The translations under genes were made by a program, and so were the position numbers. The notes beneath the pieces were generated by a model, which was not told the DNA's origin, searched no databases, and saw only the letters and a program-made list of their open reading frames with translations. Positions 29,441 through 44,600 of a stretch of DNA of 64,000 nucleotides are shown here, one piece after another (the stretch's first letter is position 1; each line of letters begins with the position of its first letter). This DNA comes from Eledone cirrhosa (taxonomy: Eukaryota), in the NCBI GenBank assembly GCA_964016885.1, contig OZ024742.1, forward strand, positions 373,426,001-373,490,000, in the 5' to 3' direction.

Positions 29441-32299
29441 ACCTCTGATAGTCCCACTAGCCACATACCTCTGACAGTCCCACAAGCTACATACCCCTCA
29501 TAGTCCCACAAGCCACATACCTCTCATAGTCCAACACGCCACATATTAGTTTGATAGTCCCACAAGCCACATACCTCTGATAGTCCCACAAACCACATAC
29601 CTCTGATAGTCCCACAAGCCACATATTAGTCTGATAGTCCCACAGGTCACATATTAATCTGATAGTCCATCAAGCCACATACCTCTGATAGTCCCACAAG
29701 CCACATACCTCTGATAGTCCCACAAACCACATATCTCTGATAGTCCCACAAGCCACATATTAATCTGATAGTCCATCAAGCCACATACCTCTGATAGTCC
29801 CACAAGCCACATACCTCTGATAGTCCCACAAGTCACATACCTCTGATAGTCCCACAAGTCACATACCTCTGATAGTCCCACAAGCCACATACCTCTGATA
29901 GTACCACAAGCCACATACCTCTGATTGTCCCACAAGCCACATACCTCTGATAGTCCCACAAGGCACATACCTCTGATAGTCCCACAAGCCACATATTAGT
30001 CTGATAGTCCCACAAGCCACATACCTCTTATAGTCCCACAAGCCACATATTAGTCTGATAGTCCCACAAGTCACATACCTCTGATTGTCCCACAAGCCAC
30101 ATATTAGTCTGATAGTCCCACAAGTCCCATACCTCTGATAGTCTTACAAGCCACATATTAGTATGATAGTCCCACAAGCCACATGCCTCTGATAGTCCCA
30201 CAAGCCACATATTAGTCTGATAGTCCCACAAGTCACATACCTCTGATAGTCCCACAAGCCACATATTAGTCTGATAGTCCCACAAATCACATACCTTTGA
30301 TAGTCCCACAAGCCACATATTAATCTGATAGTCCCACAAGCCACATACCTCTGATAGTCCCACAAGCCACATATTAGTCTGATAGTCCCACAAGCCAAAT
30401 ACCTCTGATAGTCCCACAAGCCACATACCTCTGATAGTCCCACAAGCCACATATTAGTCTGATAGTCCCACAGGTCACATATCTCTGATAGTCCCACAAG
30501 CGACATACCTCTGATAGTCCCACAAGCCACATACCTCTGATAGTCCCACAAGCCACATACCTCTGATAGTCTCACAAGCCACATACCTCTGATAGTCCCA
30601 CTAGCCACATACCTCTGATAGTCCCACAAGCTACATACCTCTCATAGTCCAACACGCCACATATTAGTTTGATAGTCCCACAAGCCACATACCTCTGATA
30701 GTCCCACAAACCACATACCTCTGATAGTCCCACAAGCCGCATATTAGTCTGATAGTCCCACAGGTCACATACCTCTGATAGTCCCACAAACCACATACCT
30801 CTGATAGTCCCACAAGCCACATATTAGTCTGATAGTCCCACAAGTCACATACCTCTGATAGTCCCATAAGCCACATATTAATCTGATAGTCCCACAAGCC
30901 ACATACATCTGATAGTCCCACAAGCCACATACCTCTGATAGTCCCACAAACCACATATTAGTCTGATAGTTCCACAAGCCACATACCTCTGATAGTCCCA
31001 CAAGCCAGATAATTGTCTGATAGTCCCACAGGTCACATATCTCTGATAGTCCCACAAGCCACATACCTCTGATAGTCCCACAAGCCACATACCTCTGATA
31101 GTCCCACAAGCCACATACCTCTGATAGTCTCACAAGCCACATACCTCTGATAGTCCCACTAGCCACATACCTCTGACAGTCCCACAAGCTACATACCTCT
31201 CATAGTCCCACAAGCCACATACCTCACATAGTTCAACACGCCACATATTAGTTTGATAGTCCCACAAGCCACATACCTCTGATAGTCCCACAAACCACAT
31301 ACCTCTGATAGTCCCACAAGCCACATATTAGTCTGATAGTCCCACAGGTCACATACTTCTGATAGTCCCACAAACCACATATCTCTGATAGTCCCACAAC
31401 CCACATATTAGTCTGATAGTCCATCAAGCCACATACCTCTGATAGTCCCACAAGCCACATACCTCTGATAGTCCCACAAGTCACATACCTCTGATAGTCC
31501 CACAAGTCACATACCTCTGATAGTCCCACAAGCCACATACCTCTGATAGTACCACAAGCCACATACCTCTGATTGTCCCACAAGCCACATACCTCTGATA
31601 GTCCCACAAGGCACATACCTCTGATAGTCCCACAAGCCACATATTAGTCTGATAGTCCCACAAGCCACATACCCCTGATAGTCCCACAAGCCACATATTA
31701 GTCTGATAGTCCCACAAGTCACATACCTCTGATTGTCCCACAAGCCACATATTAGTCTGATAGTCCCACAAGTCACATACCTCTGATAGTCTTACAAGCC
31801 ACATATTAGTATGATAGTCCCACAAGCCACATGCCTCTGATAGTCCCACAAGCCACATATTAGTCTGATAGTCCCACAAGTCACATACCTCTGATAGTCC
31901 CACAAGCCACATATTAGTCTGATAGTCCCACAAATCACATACCTTTGATAGTCCCACAAGCCACATATTAATCTGATAGTCCCACAAGCCACATACCTCT
32001 GATAGTCCCACAAGCCACATATTAGTCTGATAGTCCCACAAGCCACATACCTCTGATAGTCCCACAAGCCACATACCTCTGATAGTCCCACAAGCCACAT
32101 ACCTCTGATAGTCCCACAAGCCACATACCTCTGATAGTCCCACAAGTCACATACCTTTGGTAGTCCTACAAGCAACATATTAATCTGATAGTCCCACAAA
32201 CCACATATCTCTGATAGTCCCACACGCAACATATTAGTCTGATAGTCCCACAAGCCACATACTTCTGATAGTCCCACAAGCCACATATTAGTCTGATAG

Positions 32300-35200
32300 T
32301 CCCACAAGCCACATACCTCTGATAGTCTCACAAGCCACATATTAGTCTGATAGTCCCACAAGTCACATACCTCTGATAGTCCCACAAGTCACATACCTCT
32401 TATAGTCCCACAAACCACATACTTCTGATAGTCCCACAAGCCACATATTAGTCTGATAGTCCCACAAGCCACATACCTCTGATAGTCCCACAAACCACAT
32501 ATTAGTCTGATAGTTCCACAAGCCACATACCTCTGATAGTCCCACAAGCCAGATAATTGTCTGATAGTCCCACAGGTCACATATCTCTGATAGTCCCACA
32601 AGCCACATACCTCTGATAGTCCCACAAGCCACATACCTCTGATAGTCCCACAAGCCACATACCTCTGATAGTCTCACAAGCCACATACCTCTGATAGTCC
32701 CACTAGCCACATACCTCTGACAGTCCCACAAGCTACATACCCCTCATAGTCCCACAAGCCACATACCTCTCATAGTCCAACACGCCACATATTAGTTTGA
32801 TAGTCCCACAAGCCACATACCTCTGATAGTCCCACAAACCACATACCTCTGATAGTCCCACAAGCCACATATTAGTCTGATAGTCCCACAGGTCACATAC
32901 TTCTGATAGTCCCACAAACCACATATCTCTGATAGTCCCACAAGCCACATATTAATCTGATAGTCCATCAAGCCACATACCTCTGATAGTCCCACAAGCC
33001 ACATACCTCTGATAGTCCCACAAGTCACATACCTCTGATAGTCCCACAAGTCACATACCTCTGATAGTCCCACAAGCCACATACCTCTGATAGTACCACA
33101 AGCCACATACCTCTGATTGTCCCACAAGCCACATACCTCTGATAGTCCCACAAGGCACATACCTCTGATAGTCCCACAAGCGACATATTAGTCTGATAGT
33201 CCCACAAGCCACATACCTCTGATAGTCCCACAAGCCACATATTAGTCTGATAGTCCCACAAGTCACATACCTCTGATTGTCCCACAAGCCACATATTAGT
33301 CTGATAGTCCCACAAGTCCCATACCTCTGATAGTCTTACAAGCCACATATTAGTATGATAGTCCCACAAGCCACATGCCTCTGATAGTCCCACAAGCCAC
33401 ATATTAGTCTGATAGTCCCACAAGTCACATACCTCTGATAGTCCCACAAGCTACATATTAGTCTGATAGTCCCACAAATCACATACCTTTGATAGTCCCA
33501 CAAGCCACATATTAATCTGATAGTCCCACAAGCCACATACCTCTGATAGTCCCACAAGCCACATATTAGTCTGATAGTCCCACAAGCCACATACCTCTGA
33601 TAGTCCCACAAGCCACATACCTCTGATAGTCCCACAAGCCACATACCTCTGATAGTCCCACAAGCCACATACCTCTGATAGTCCCACAAGTCACATACCT
33701 TTGGTAGTCCTACAAGCAACATATTAATCTGATAGTCCCACAAACCACATATCTCTGATAGTCCCACACGCAACATATTAGTCTGATAGTCCCACAAGCC
33801 ACATACTTCTGATAGTCCCACAAGCCACATATTAGTCTGATAGTCCCACAAGCCACATACCTCTGATAGTCTCACAAGCCACATATTAGTCTGATAGTCC
33901 CACAAGTCACATACCTCTGATAGTCCCACAAGTCACATACCTCTTATAGTCCCACAAACCACATACTTCTGATAGTCCCACAAGCCACATATTAGTCTGA
34001 TAGTCCCACAAGCCACATACCTCTGATAGTCCCACAAACCACATATTAGTCTGATAGTTCCACAAGCCACATACCTCTGATAGTCCCACAAGCCAGATAA
34101 TTGTCTGATAGTCCCACAGGTCACATATCTCTGATAGTCCCACAAGCCACATACCTCTGATAGTCCCACAAGCCACATACCTCTGATAGTCCCACAAGCC
34201 ACATACCTCTGATAGTCTCACAAGCCACATACCTCTGATAGTCCCACTAGCCACATACCTCTGACAGTCCCACAAGCTACATACCCCTCATAGTCCCACA
34301 AGCCACATACCTCTCATAGTCCAACACGCCACATATTAGTTTGATAGTCCCACAAGCCACATACCTCTGATAGTCCCACAAACCACATACCTCTGATAGT
34401 CCCACAAGCCACATATTAGTCTGATAGTCCCACAGGTCACATACTTCTGATAGTCCCACAAACCACATATCTCTGATAGTCCCACAAGCCACATATTAAT
34501 CTGATAGTCCATCAAGCCACATACCTCTGATAGTCCCACAAGCCACATACCTCTGATAGTCCCACAAGTCACATACCTCTGATAGTCCCACAAGTCACAT
34601 ACCTCTGATAGTCCCACAAGCCACATACCTCTGATAGTACCACAAGCCACATACCTCTGATTGTCCCACAAGCCACATACCTCTGATAGTCCCACAAGGC
34701 ACATACCTCTGATAGTCCCACAAGCGACATATTAGTCTGATAGTCCCACAAGCCACATACCTCTGATAGTCCCACAAGCCACATATTAGTCTGATAGTCC
34801 CACAAGTCACATACCTCTGATTGTCCCACAAGCCACATATTAGTCTGATAGTCCCACAAGTCCCATACCTCTGATAGTCTTACAAGCCACATATTAGTAT
34901 GATAGTCCCACAAGCCACATGCCTCTGATAGTCCCACAAGCCACATATTAGTCTGATAGTCCCACAAGTCACATACCTCTGATAGTCCCACAAGCTACAT
35001 ATTAGTCTGATAGTCCCACAAATCACATACCTTTGATAGTCCCACAAGCCACATATTAATCTGATAGTCCCACAAGCCACATACCTCTGATAGTCCCACA
35101 AGCCACATATTAGTCTGATAGTCCCACAAGCCAAATACCTCTGATAGTCCCACAAGCCACATACCTCTGATAGTCCCACAAGCCACATATTAGTCTGATA

Positions 35201-38200
35201 GTCCCACAGGTCACATATCTCTGATAGTCCCACAAGCGACATACCTCTGATAGTCCCACAAGCCACATACCTCTGATAGTCCCACAAGCCACATACCTCT
35301 GATAGTCTCACAAGCCACATACCTCTGATAGTCCCACTAGCCACATACCTCTGATAGTCCCACAAGCTACATACCTCTCATAGTCCAACACGCCACATAT
35401 TAGTTTGATAGTCCCACAAGCCACATACCTCTGATAGTCCCACAAACCACATACCTCTGATAGTCCCACAAGCCGCATATTAGTCTGATAGTCCCACAGG
35501 TCACATACCTCTGATAGTCCCACAAACCACATACCTCTGATAGTCCCACAAGCCACATATTAGTCTGATAGTCCCACAAGTCACATACCTCTGATAGTCC
35601 CATAAGCCACATATTAATCTGATAGTCCCACAAGCCACATACATCTGATAGTCCCACAAGCCACATACCTCTGATAGTCCCACAAACCACATATTAGTCT
35701 GATAGTTCCACAAGCCACATACCTCTGATAGTCCCACAAGCCAGATAATTGTCTGATAGTCCCACAGGTCACATATCTCTGATAGTCCCACAAGCCACAT
35801 ACCTCTGATAGTCCCACAAGCCACATACCTCTAATAGTCCCACAAGCCACATACCTCTGATAGTCTCACAAGCCACATACCTCTGATAGTCCCACTAGCC
35901 ACATACCTCTGACAGTCCCACAAGCTACATACCTCTCATAGTCCCACAAGCCACATACCTCACATAGTTCAACACGCCACATATTAGTTTGATAGTCCCA
36001 CAAGCCACATACCTCTGATAGTCCCACAAACCACATACCTCTGATAGTCCCACAAGCCACATATTAGTCTGATAGTCCCACAGGTCACATACTTCTGATA
36101 GTCCCACAAACCACATATCTCTGATAGTCCCACAACCCACATATTAGTCTGATAGTCCATCAAGCCACATACCTCTGATAGTCCCACAAGCCACATACCT
36201 CTGATAGTCCCACAAGTCACATACCTCTGATAGTCCCACAAGTCACATACCTCTGATAGTCCCACAAGCCACATACCTCTGATAGTACCACAAGCCACAT
36301 ACCTCTGATTGTCCCACAAGCCACATACCTCTGATAGTCCCACAAGGCACATACCTCTGATAGTCCCACAAGCCACATATTAGTCTGATAGTCCCACAAG
36401 CCACATACCTCTGATAGTCCCACAAGCCACATATTAGTCTGATAGTCCCACAAGTCACATACCTCCGATTGTCCCACAAGCCACATATTAGTCTGATAGT
36501 CCCACAAGCCACATACCCCTGATAGTCCCACAAGCCACATATTAGTCTGATAGTCCCACAAGTCACATACCTCTGATTGTCCCACAAGCCACATATTAGT
36601 CTGATAGTCCCACAAGTCACATACCTCTGATAGTCTTACAAGCCACATATTAGTATGATAGTCCCACAAGCCACATGCCTCTGATAGTCCCACAAGCCAC
36701 ATATTAGTCTGATAGTCCCACAAGTCACATACCTCTGATAGTCCCACAAGCCACATATTAGTCTGATAGTCCCACAAATCACATACCTTTGATAGTCCCA
36801 CAAGCCACATATTAATCTGATAGTCCCACAAGCCACATACCTCTGATAGTCCCACAAGCCACATATTAGTCTGATAGTCCCACAAGCCACATACCTCTGA
36901 TAGTCCCACAAGCCACATACCTCTGATAGTCCCACAAGCCACATACCTCTGATAGTCCCACAAGCCACATACCTCTGATAGTCCCACAAGTCACATACCT
37001 TTGGTAGTCCTACAAGCAACATATTAATCTGATAGTCCCACAAGCCACATACTTCTGATAGTCCCACAAGCCACATATTAGTCTGATAGTCCCACAAGCC
37101 ACATACCTCTGATAGTCTCACAAGCCACATATTAGTCTGATAGTCCCACAAGTCACATACCTCTGATAGTCCCACAAGTCACATACCTCTTATAGTCCCA
37201 CAAACCACATACTTCTGATAGTCCCACAAGCCACATATTAGTCTGATAGTCCCACAAGCCACATACCTCTGATAGTCCCACAAACCACATATTAGTCTGA
37301 TAGTTCCACAAGCCACATACCTCTGATAGTCCCACAAGCCAGATAATTGTCTGATAGTCCCACAGGTCACATATCTCTGATAGTCCCACAAGCCACATAC
37401 CTCTGATAGTCCCACAAGCCACATACCTCTGATAGTCCCACAAGCCACATACCTCTGATAGTCTCACAAGCCACATACCTCTGATAGTCCCACTAGCCAC
37501 ATACCTCTGACAGTCCCACAAGCTACATACCCCTCATAGTCCCACAAGCCACATACCTCTCATAGTCCAACACGCCACATATTAGTTTGATAGTCCCACA
37601 AGCCACATACCTCTGATAGTCCCACAAACCACATACCTCTGATAGTCCCACAAGCCACATATTAGTCTGATAGTCCCACAGGTCACATACTTCTGATAGT
37701 CCCACAAACCACATATCTCTGATAGTCCCACAAGCCACATATTAATCTGATAGTCCATCAAGCCACATACCTCTGATAGTCCCACAAGCCACATACCTCT
37801 GATAGTCCCACAAGTCACATACCTCTGATAGTCCCACAAGTCACATACCTCTGATAGTCCCACAAGCCACATACCTCTGATAGTACCACAAGCCACATAC
37901 CTCTGATTGTCCCACAAGCCACATACCTCTGATAGTCCCACAAGGCACATACCTCTGATAGTCCCACAAGCGACATATTAGTCTGATAGTCCCACAAGCC
38001 ACATACCTCTGATAGTCCCACAAGCCACATATTAGTCTGATAGTCCCACAAGTCACATACCTCTGATTGTCCCACAAGCCACATATTAGTCTGATAGTCC
38101 CACAAGTCCCATACCTCTGATAGTCTTACAAGCCACATATTAGTATGATAGTCCCACAAGCCACATGCCTCTGATAGTCCCACAAGCCACATATTAGTCT

Positions 38201-41200
38201 GATAGTCCCACAAGTCACATACCTCTGATAGTCCCACAAGCTACATATTAGTCTGATAGTCCCACAAATCACATACCTTTGATAGTCCCACAAGCCACAT
38301 ATTAATCTGATAGTCCCACAAGCCACATACCTCTGATAGTCCCACAAGCCACATATTAGTCTGATAGTCCCACAAGCCACATACCTCTGATAGTCCCACA
38401 AGCCACATACCTCTGATAGTCCCACAAGCCACATACCTCTGATAGTCCCACAAGCCACATACCTCTGATAGTCCCACAAGTCACATACCTTTGGTAGTCC
38501 TACAAGCAACATATTAATCTGATAGTCCCACAAACCACATATCTCTGATAGTCCCACACGCAACATATTAGTCTGATAGTCCCACAAGCCACATACTTCT
38601 GATAGTCCCACAAGCCACATATTAGTCTGATAGTCCCACAAGCCACATACCTCTGATAGTCTCACAAGCCACATATTAGTCTGATAGTCCCACAAGTCAC
38701 ATACCTCTGATAGTCCCACAAGTCACATACCTCTTATAGTCCCACAAACCACATACTTCTGATAGTCCCACAAGCCACATATTAGTCTGATAGTCCCACA
38801 AGCCACATACCTCTGATAGTCCCACAAACCACATATTAGTCTGATAGTTCCACAAGCCACATACCTCTGATAGTCCCACAAGCCAGATAATTGTCTGATA
38901 GTCCCACAGGTCACATATCTCTGATAGTCCCACAAGCCACATACCTCTGATAGTCCCACAAGCCACATACCTCTGATAGTCCCACAAGCCACATACCTCT
39001 GATAGTCTCACAAGCCACATACCTCTGATAGTCCCACTAGCCACATACCTCTGACAGTCCCACAAGCTACATACCCCTCATAGTCCCACAAGCCACATAC
39101 CTCTCATAGTCCAACACGCCACATATTAGTTTGATAGTCCCACAAGCCACATACCTCTGATAGTCCCACAAACCACATACCTCTGATAGTCCCACAAGCC
39201 ACATATTAGTCTGATAGTCCCACAGGTCACATACTTCTGATAGTCCCACAAACCACATATCTCTGATAGTCCCACAAGCCACATATTAATCTGATAGTCC
39301 ATCAAGCCACATACCTCTGATAGTCCCACAAGCCACATACCTCTGATAGTCCCACAAGTCACATACCTCTGATAGTCCCACAAGTCACATACCTCTGATA
39401 GTCCCACAAGCCACATACCTCTGATAGTACCACAAGCCACATACCTCTGATTGTCCCACAAGCCACATACCTCTGATAGTCCCACAAGGCACATACCTCT
39501 GATAGTCCCACAAGCGACATATTAGTCTGATAGTCCCACAAGCCACATACCTCTGATAGTCCCACAAGCCACATATTAGTCTGATAGTCCCACAAGTCAC
39601 ATACCTCTGATTGTCCCACAAGCCACATATTAGTCTGATAGTCCCACAAGTCCCATACCTCTGATAGTCTTACAAGCCACATATTAGTATGATAGTCCCA
39701 CAAGCCACATGCCTCTGATAGTCCCACAAGCCACATATTAGTCTGATAGTCCCACAAGTCACATACCTCTGATAGTCCCACAAGCTACATATTAGTCTGA
39801 TAGTCCCACAAATCACATACCTTTGATAGTCCCACAAGCCACATATTAATCTGATAGTCCCACAAGCCACATACCTCTGATAGTCCCACAAGCCACATAT
39901 TAGTCTGATAGTCCCACAAGCCAAATACCTCTGATAGTCCCACAAGCCACATACCTCTGATAGTCCCACAAGCCACATATTAGTCTGATAGTCCCACAGG
40001 TCACATATCTCTGATAGTCCCACAAGCGACATACCTCTGATAGTCCCACAAGCCACATACCTCTGATAGTCCCACAAGCCACATACCTCTGATAGTCTCA
40101 CAAGCCACATACCTCTGATAGTCCCACTAGCCACATACCTCTGATAGTCCCACAAGCTACATACCTCTCATAGTCCAACACGCCACATATTAGTTTGATA
40201 GTCCCACAAGCCACATACCTCTGATAGTCCCACAAACCACATACCTCTGATAGTCCCACAAGCCGCATATTAGTCTGATAGTCCCACAGGTCACATACCT
40301 CTGATAGTCCCACAAACCACATACCTCTGATAGTCCCACAAGCCACATATTAGTCTGATAGTCCCACAAGTCACATACCTCTGATAGTCCCATAAGCCAC
40401 ATATTAATCTGATAGTCCCACAAGCCACATACATCTGATAGTCCCACAAGCCACATACCTCTGATAGTCCCACAAACCACATATTAGTCTGATAGTTCCA
40501 CAAGCCACATACCTCTGATAGTCCCACAAGCCAGATAATTGTCTGATAGTCCCACAGGTCACATATCTCTGATAGTCCCACAAGCCACATACCTCTGATA
40601 GTCCCACAAGCCACATACCTCTAATAGTCCCACAAGCCACATACCTCTGATAGTCTCACAAGCCACATACCTCTGATAGTCCCACTAGCCACATACCTCT
40701 GACAGTCCCACAAGCTACATACCTCTCATAGTCCCACAAGCCACATACCTCACATAGTTCAACACGCCACATATTAGTTTGATAGTCCCACAAGCCACAT
40801 ACCTCTGATAGTCCCACAAACCACATACCTCTGATAGTCCCACAAGCCACATATTAGTCTGATAGTCCCACAGGTCACATACTTCTGATAGTCCCACAAA
40901 CCACATATCTCTGATAGTCCCACAACCCACATATTAGTCTGATAGTCCATCAAGCCACATACCTCTGATAGTCCCACAAGCCACATACCTCTGATAGTCC
41001 CACAAGTCACATACCTCTGATAGTCCCACAAGTCACATACCTCTGATAGTCCCACAAGCCACATACCTCTGATAGTACCACAAGCCACATACCTCTGATT
41101 GTCCCACAAGCCACATACCTCTGATAGTCCCACAAGGCACATACCTCTGATAGTCCCACAAGCCACATATTAGTCTGATAGTCCCACAAGCCACATACCT

Positions 41201-44200
41201 CTGATAGTCCCACAAGCCACATATTAGTCTGATAGTCCCACAAGTCACATACCTCCGATTGTCCCACAAGCCACATATTAGTCTGATAGTCCCACAAGCC
41301 ACATACCCCTGATAGTCCCACAAGCCACATATTAGTCTGATAGTCCCACAAGTCACATACCTCTGATTGTCCCACAAGCCACATATTAGTCTGATAGTCC
41401 CACAAGTCACATACCTCTGATAGTCTTACAAGCCACATATTAGTATGATAGTCCCACAAGCCACATGCCTCTGATAGTCCCACAAGCCACATATTAGTCT
41501 GATAGTCCCACAAGTCACATACCTCTGATAGTCCCACAAGCCACATATTAGTCTGATAGTCCCACAAATCACATACCTTTGATAGTCCCACAAGCCACAT
41601 ATTAATCTGATAGTCCCACAAGCCACATACCTCTGATAGTCCCACAAGCCACATATTAGTCTGATAGTCCCACAAGCCACATACCTCTGATAGTCCCACA
41701 AGCCACATACCTCTGATAGTCCCACAAGCCACATACCTCTGATAGTCCCACAAGCCACATACCTCTGATAGTCCCACAAGTCACATACCTTTGGTAGTCC
41801 TACAAGCAACATATTAATCTGATAGTCCCACAAACCACATATCTCTGATAGTCCCACACGCAACATATTAGTCTGATAGTCCCACAAGCCACATACTTCT
41901 GATAGTCCCACAAGCCACATATTAGTCTGATAGTCCCACAAGCCACATACCTCTGATAGTCTCACAAGCCACATATTAGTCTGATAGTCCCACAAGTCAC
42001 ATACCTCTGATAGTCCCACAAGTCACATACCTCTTATAGTCCCACAAACCACATACTTCTGATAGTCCCACAAGCCACATATTAGTCTGATAGTCCCACA
42101 AGCCACATACCTCTGATAGTCCCACAAACCACATATTAGTCTGATAGTTCCACAAGCCACATACCTCTGATAGTCCCACAAGCCAGATAATTGTCTGATA
42201 GTCCCACAGGTCACATATCTCTGATAGTCCCACAAGCCACATACCTCTGATAGTCCCACAAGCCACATACCTCTGATAGTCCCACAAGCCACATACCTCT
42301 GATAGTCTCACAAGCCACATACCTCTGATAGTCCCACTAGCCACATACCTCTGACAGTCCCACAAGCTACATACCCCTCATAGTCCCACAAGCCACATAC
42401 CTCTCATAGTCCAACACGCCACATATTAGTTTGATAGTCCCACAAGCCACATACCTCTGATAGTCCCACAAACCACATACCTCTGATAGTCCCACAAGCC
42501 ACATATTAGTCTGATAGTCCCACAGGTCACATACTTCTGATAGTCCCACAAACCACATATCTCTGATAGTCCCACAAGCCACATATTAATCTGATAGTCC
42601 ATCAAGCCACATACCTCTGATAGTCCCACAAGCCACATACCTCTGATAGTCCCACAAGTCACATACCTCTGATAGTCCCACAAGTCACATACCTCTGATA
42701 GTCCCACAAGCCACATACCTCTGATAGTACCACAAGCCACATACCTCTGATTGTCCCACAAGCCACATACCTCTGATAGTCCCACAAGGCACATACCTCT
42801 GATAGTCCCACAAGCGACATATTAGTCTGATAGTCCCACAAGCCACATACCTCTGATAGTCCCACAAGCCACATATTAGTCTGATAGTCCCACAAGTCAC
42901 ATACCTCTGATTGTCCCACAAGCCACATATTAGTCTGATAGTCCCACAAGTCCCATACCTCTGATAGTCTTACAAGCCACATATTAGTATGATAGTCCCA
43001 CAAGCCACATGCCTCTGATAGTCCCACAAGCCACATATTAGTCTGATAGTCCCACAAGTCACATACCTCTGATAGTCCCACAAGCTACATATTAGTCTGA
43101 TAGTCCCACAAATCACATACCTTTGATAGTCCCACAAGCCACATATTAATCTGATAGTCCCACAAGCCACATACCTCTGATAGTCCCACAAGCCACATAT
43201 TAGTCTGATAGTCCCACAAGCCAAATACCTCTGATAGTCCCACAAGCCACATACCTCTGATAGTCCCACAAGCCACATATTAGTCTGATAGTCCCACAGG
43301 TCACATATCTCTGATAGTCCCACAAGCGACATACCTCTGATAGTCCCACAAGCCACATACCTCTGATAGTCCCACAAGCCACATACCTCTGATAGTCTCA
43401 CAAGCCACATACCTCTGATAGTCCCACTAGCCACATACCTCTGATAGTCCCACAAGCTACATACCTCTCATAGTCCAACACGCCACATATTAGTTTGATA
43501 GTCCCACAAGCCACATACCTCTGATAGTCCCACAAACCACATACCTCTGATAGTCCCACAAGCCGCATATTAGTCTGATAGTCCCACAGGTCACATACCT
43601 CTGATAGTCCCACAAACCACATACCTCTGATAGTCCCACAAGCCACATATTAGTCTGATAGTCCCACAAGTCACATACCTCTGATAGTCCCATAAGCCAC
43701 ATATTAATCTGATAGTCCCACAAGCCACATACATCTGATAGTCCCACAAGCCACATACCTCTGATAGTCCCACAAACCACATATTAGTCTGATAGTTCCA
43801 CAAGCCACATACCTCTGATAGTCCCACAAGCCAGATAATTGTCTGATAGTCCCACAGGTCACATATCTCTGATAGTCCCACAAGCCACATACCTCTGATA
43901 GTCCCACAAGCCACATACCTCTAATAGTCCCACAAGCCACATACCTCTGATAGTCTCACAAGCCACATACCTCTGATAGTCCCACTAGCCACATACCTCT
44001 GACAGTCCCACAAGCTACATACCTCTCATAGTCCCACAAGCCACATACCTCACATAGTTCAACACGCCACATATTAGTTTGATAGTCCCACAAGCCACAT
44101 ACCTCTGATAGTCCCACAAACCACATACCTCTGATAGTCCCACAAGCCACATATTAGTCTGATAGTCCCACAGGTCACATACTTCTGATAGTCCCACAAA

Positions 44201-44600
44201 CCACATATCTCTGATAGTCCCACAACCCACATATTAGTCTGATAGTCCATCAAGCCACATACCTCTGATAGTCCCACAAGCCACATACCTCTGATAGTCC
44301 CACAAGTCACATACCTCTGATAGTCCCACAAGTCACATACCTCTGATAGTCCCACAAGCCACATACCTCTGATAGTACCACAAGCCACATACCTCTGATT
44401 GTCCCACAAGCCACATACCTCTGATAGTCCCACAAGGCACATACCTCTGATAGTCCCACAAGCCACATATTAGTCTGATAGTCCCACAAGCCACATACCT
44501 CTGATAGTCCCACAAGCCACATATTAGTCTGATAGTCCCACAAGTCACATACCTCCGATTGTCCCACAAGCCACATATTAGTCTGATAGTCCCACAAGTC
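32300..44600. repeat. Homogeneous block of 1544/1648-bp HORs organised as 4790-bp and 3300-bp super-repeats
   Basis: Offsets are 1544 (32363->33907), 4790 (32363->37153, 36217->41007) and 3300 (38697->41997, 40715->44015). These fit 4790 = 1544+1648+1544+108-54 and 3300 = 3192+108. Confidence 0.87.
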
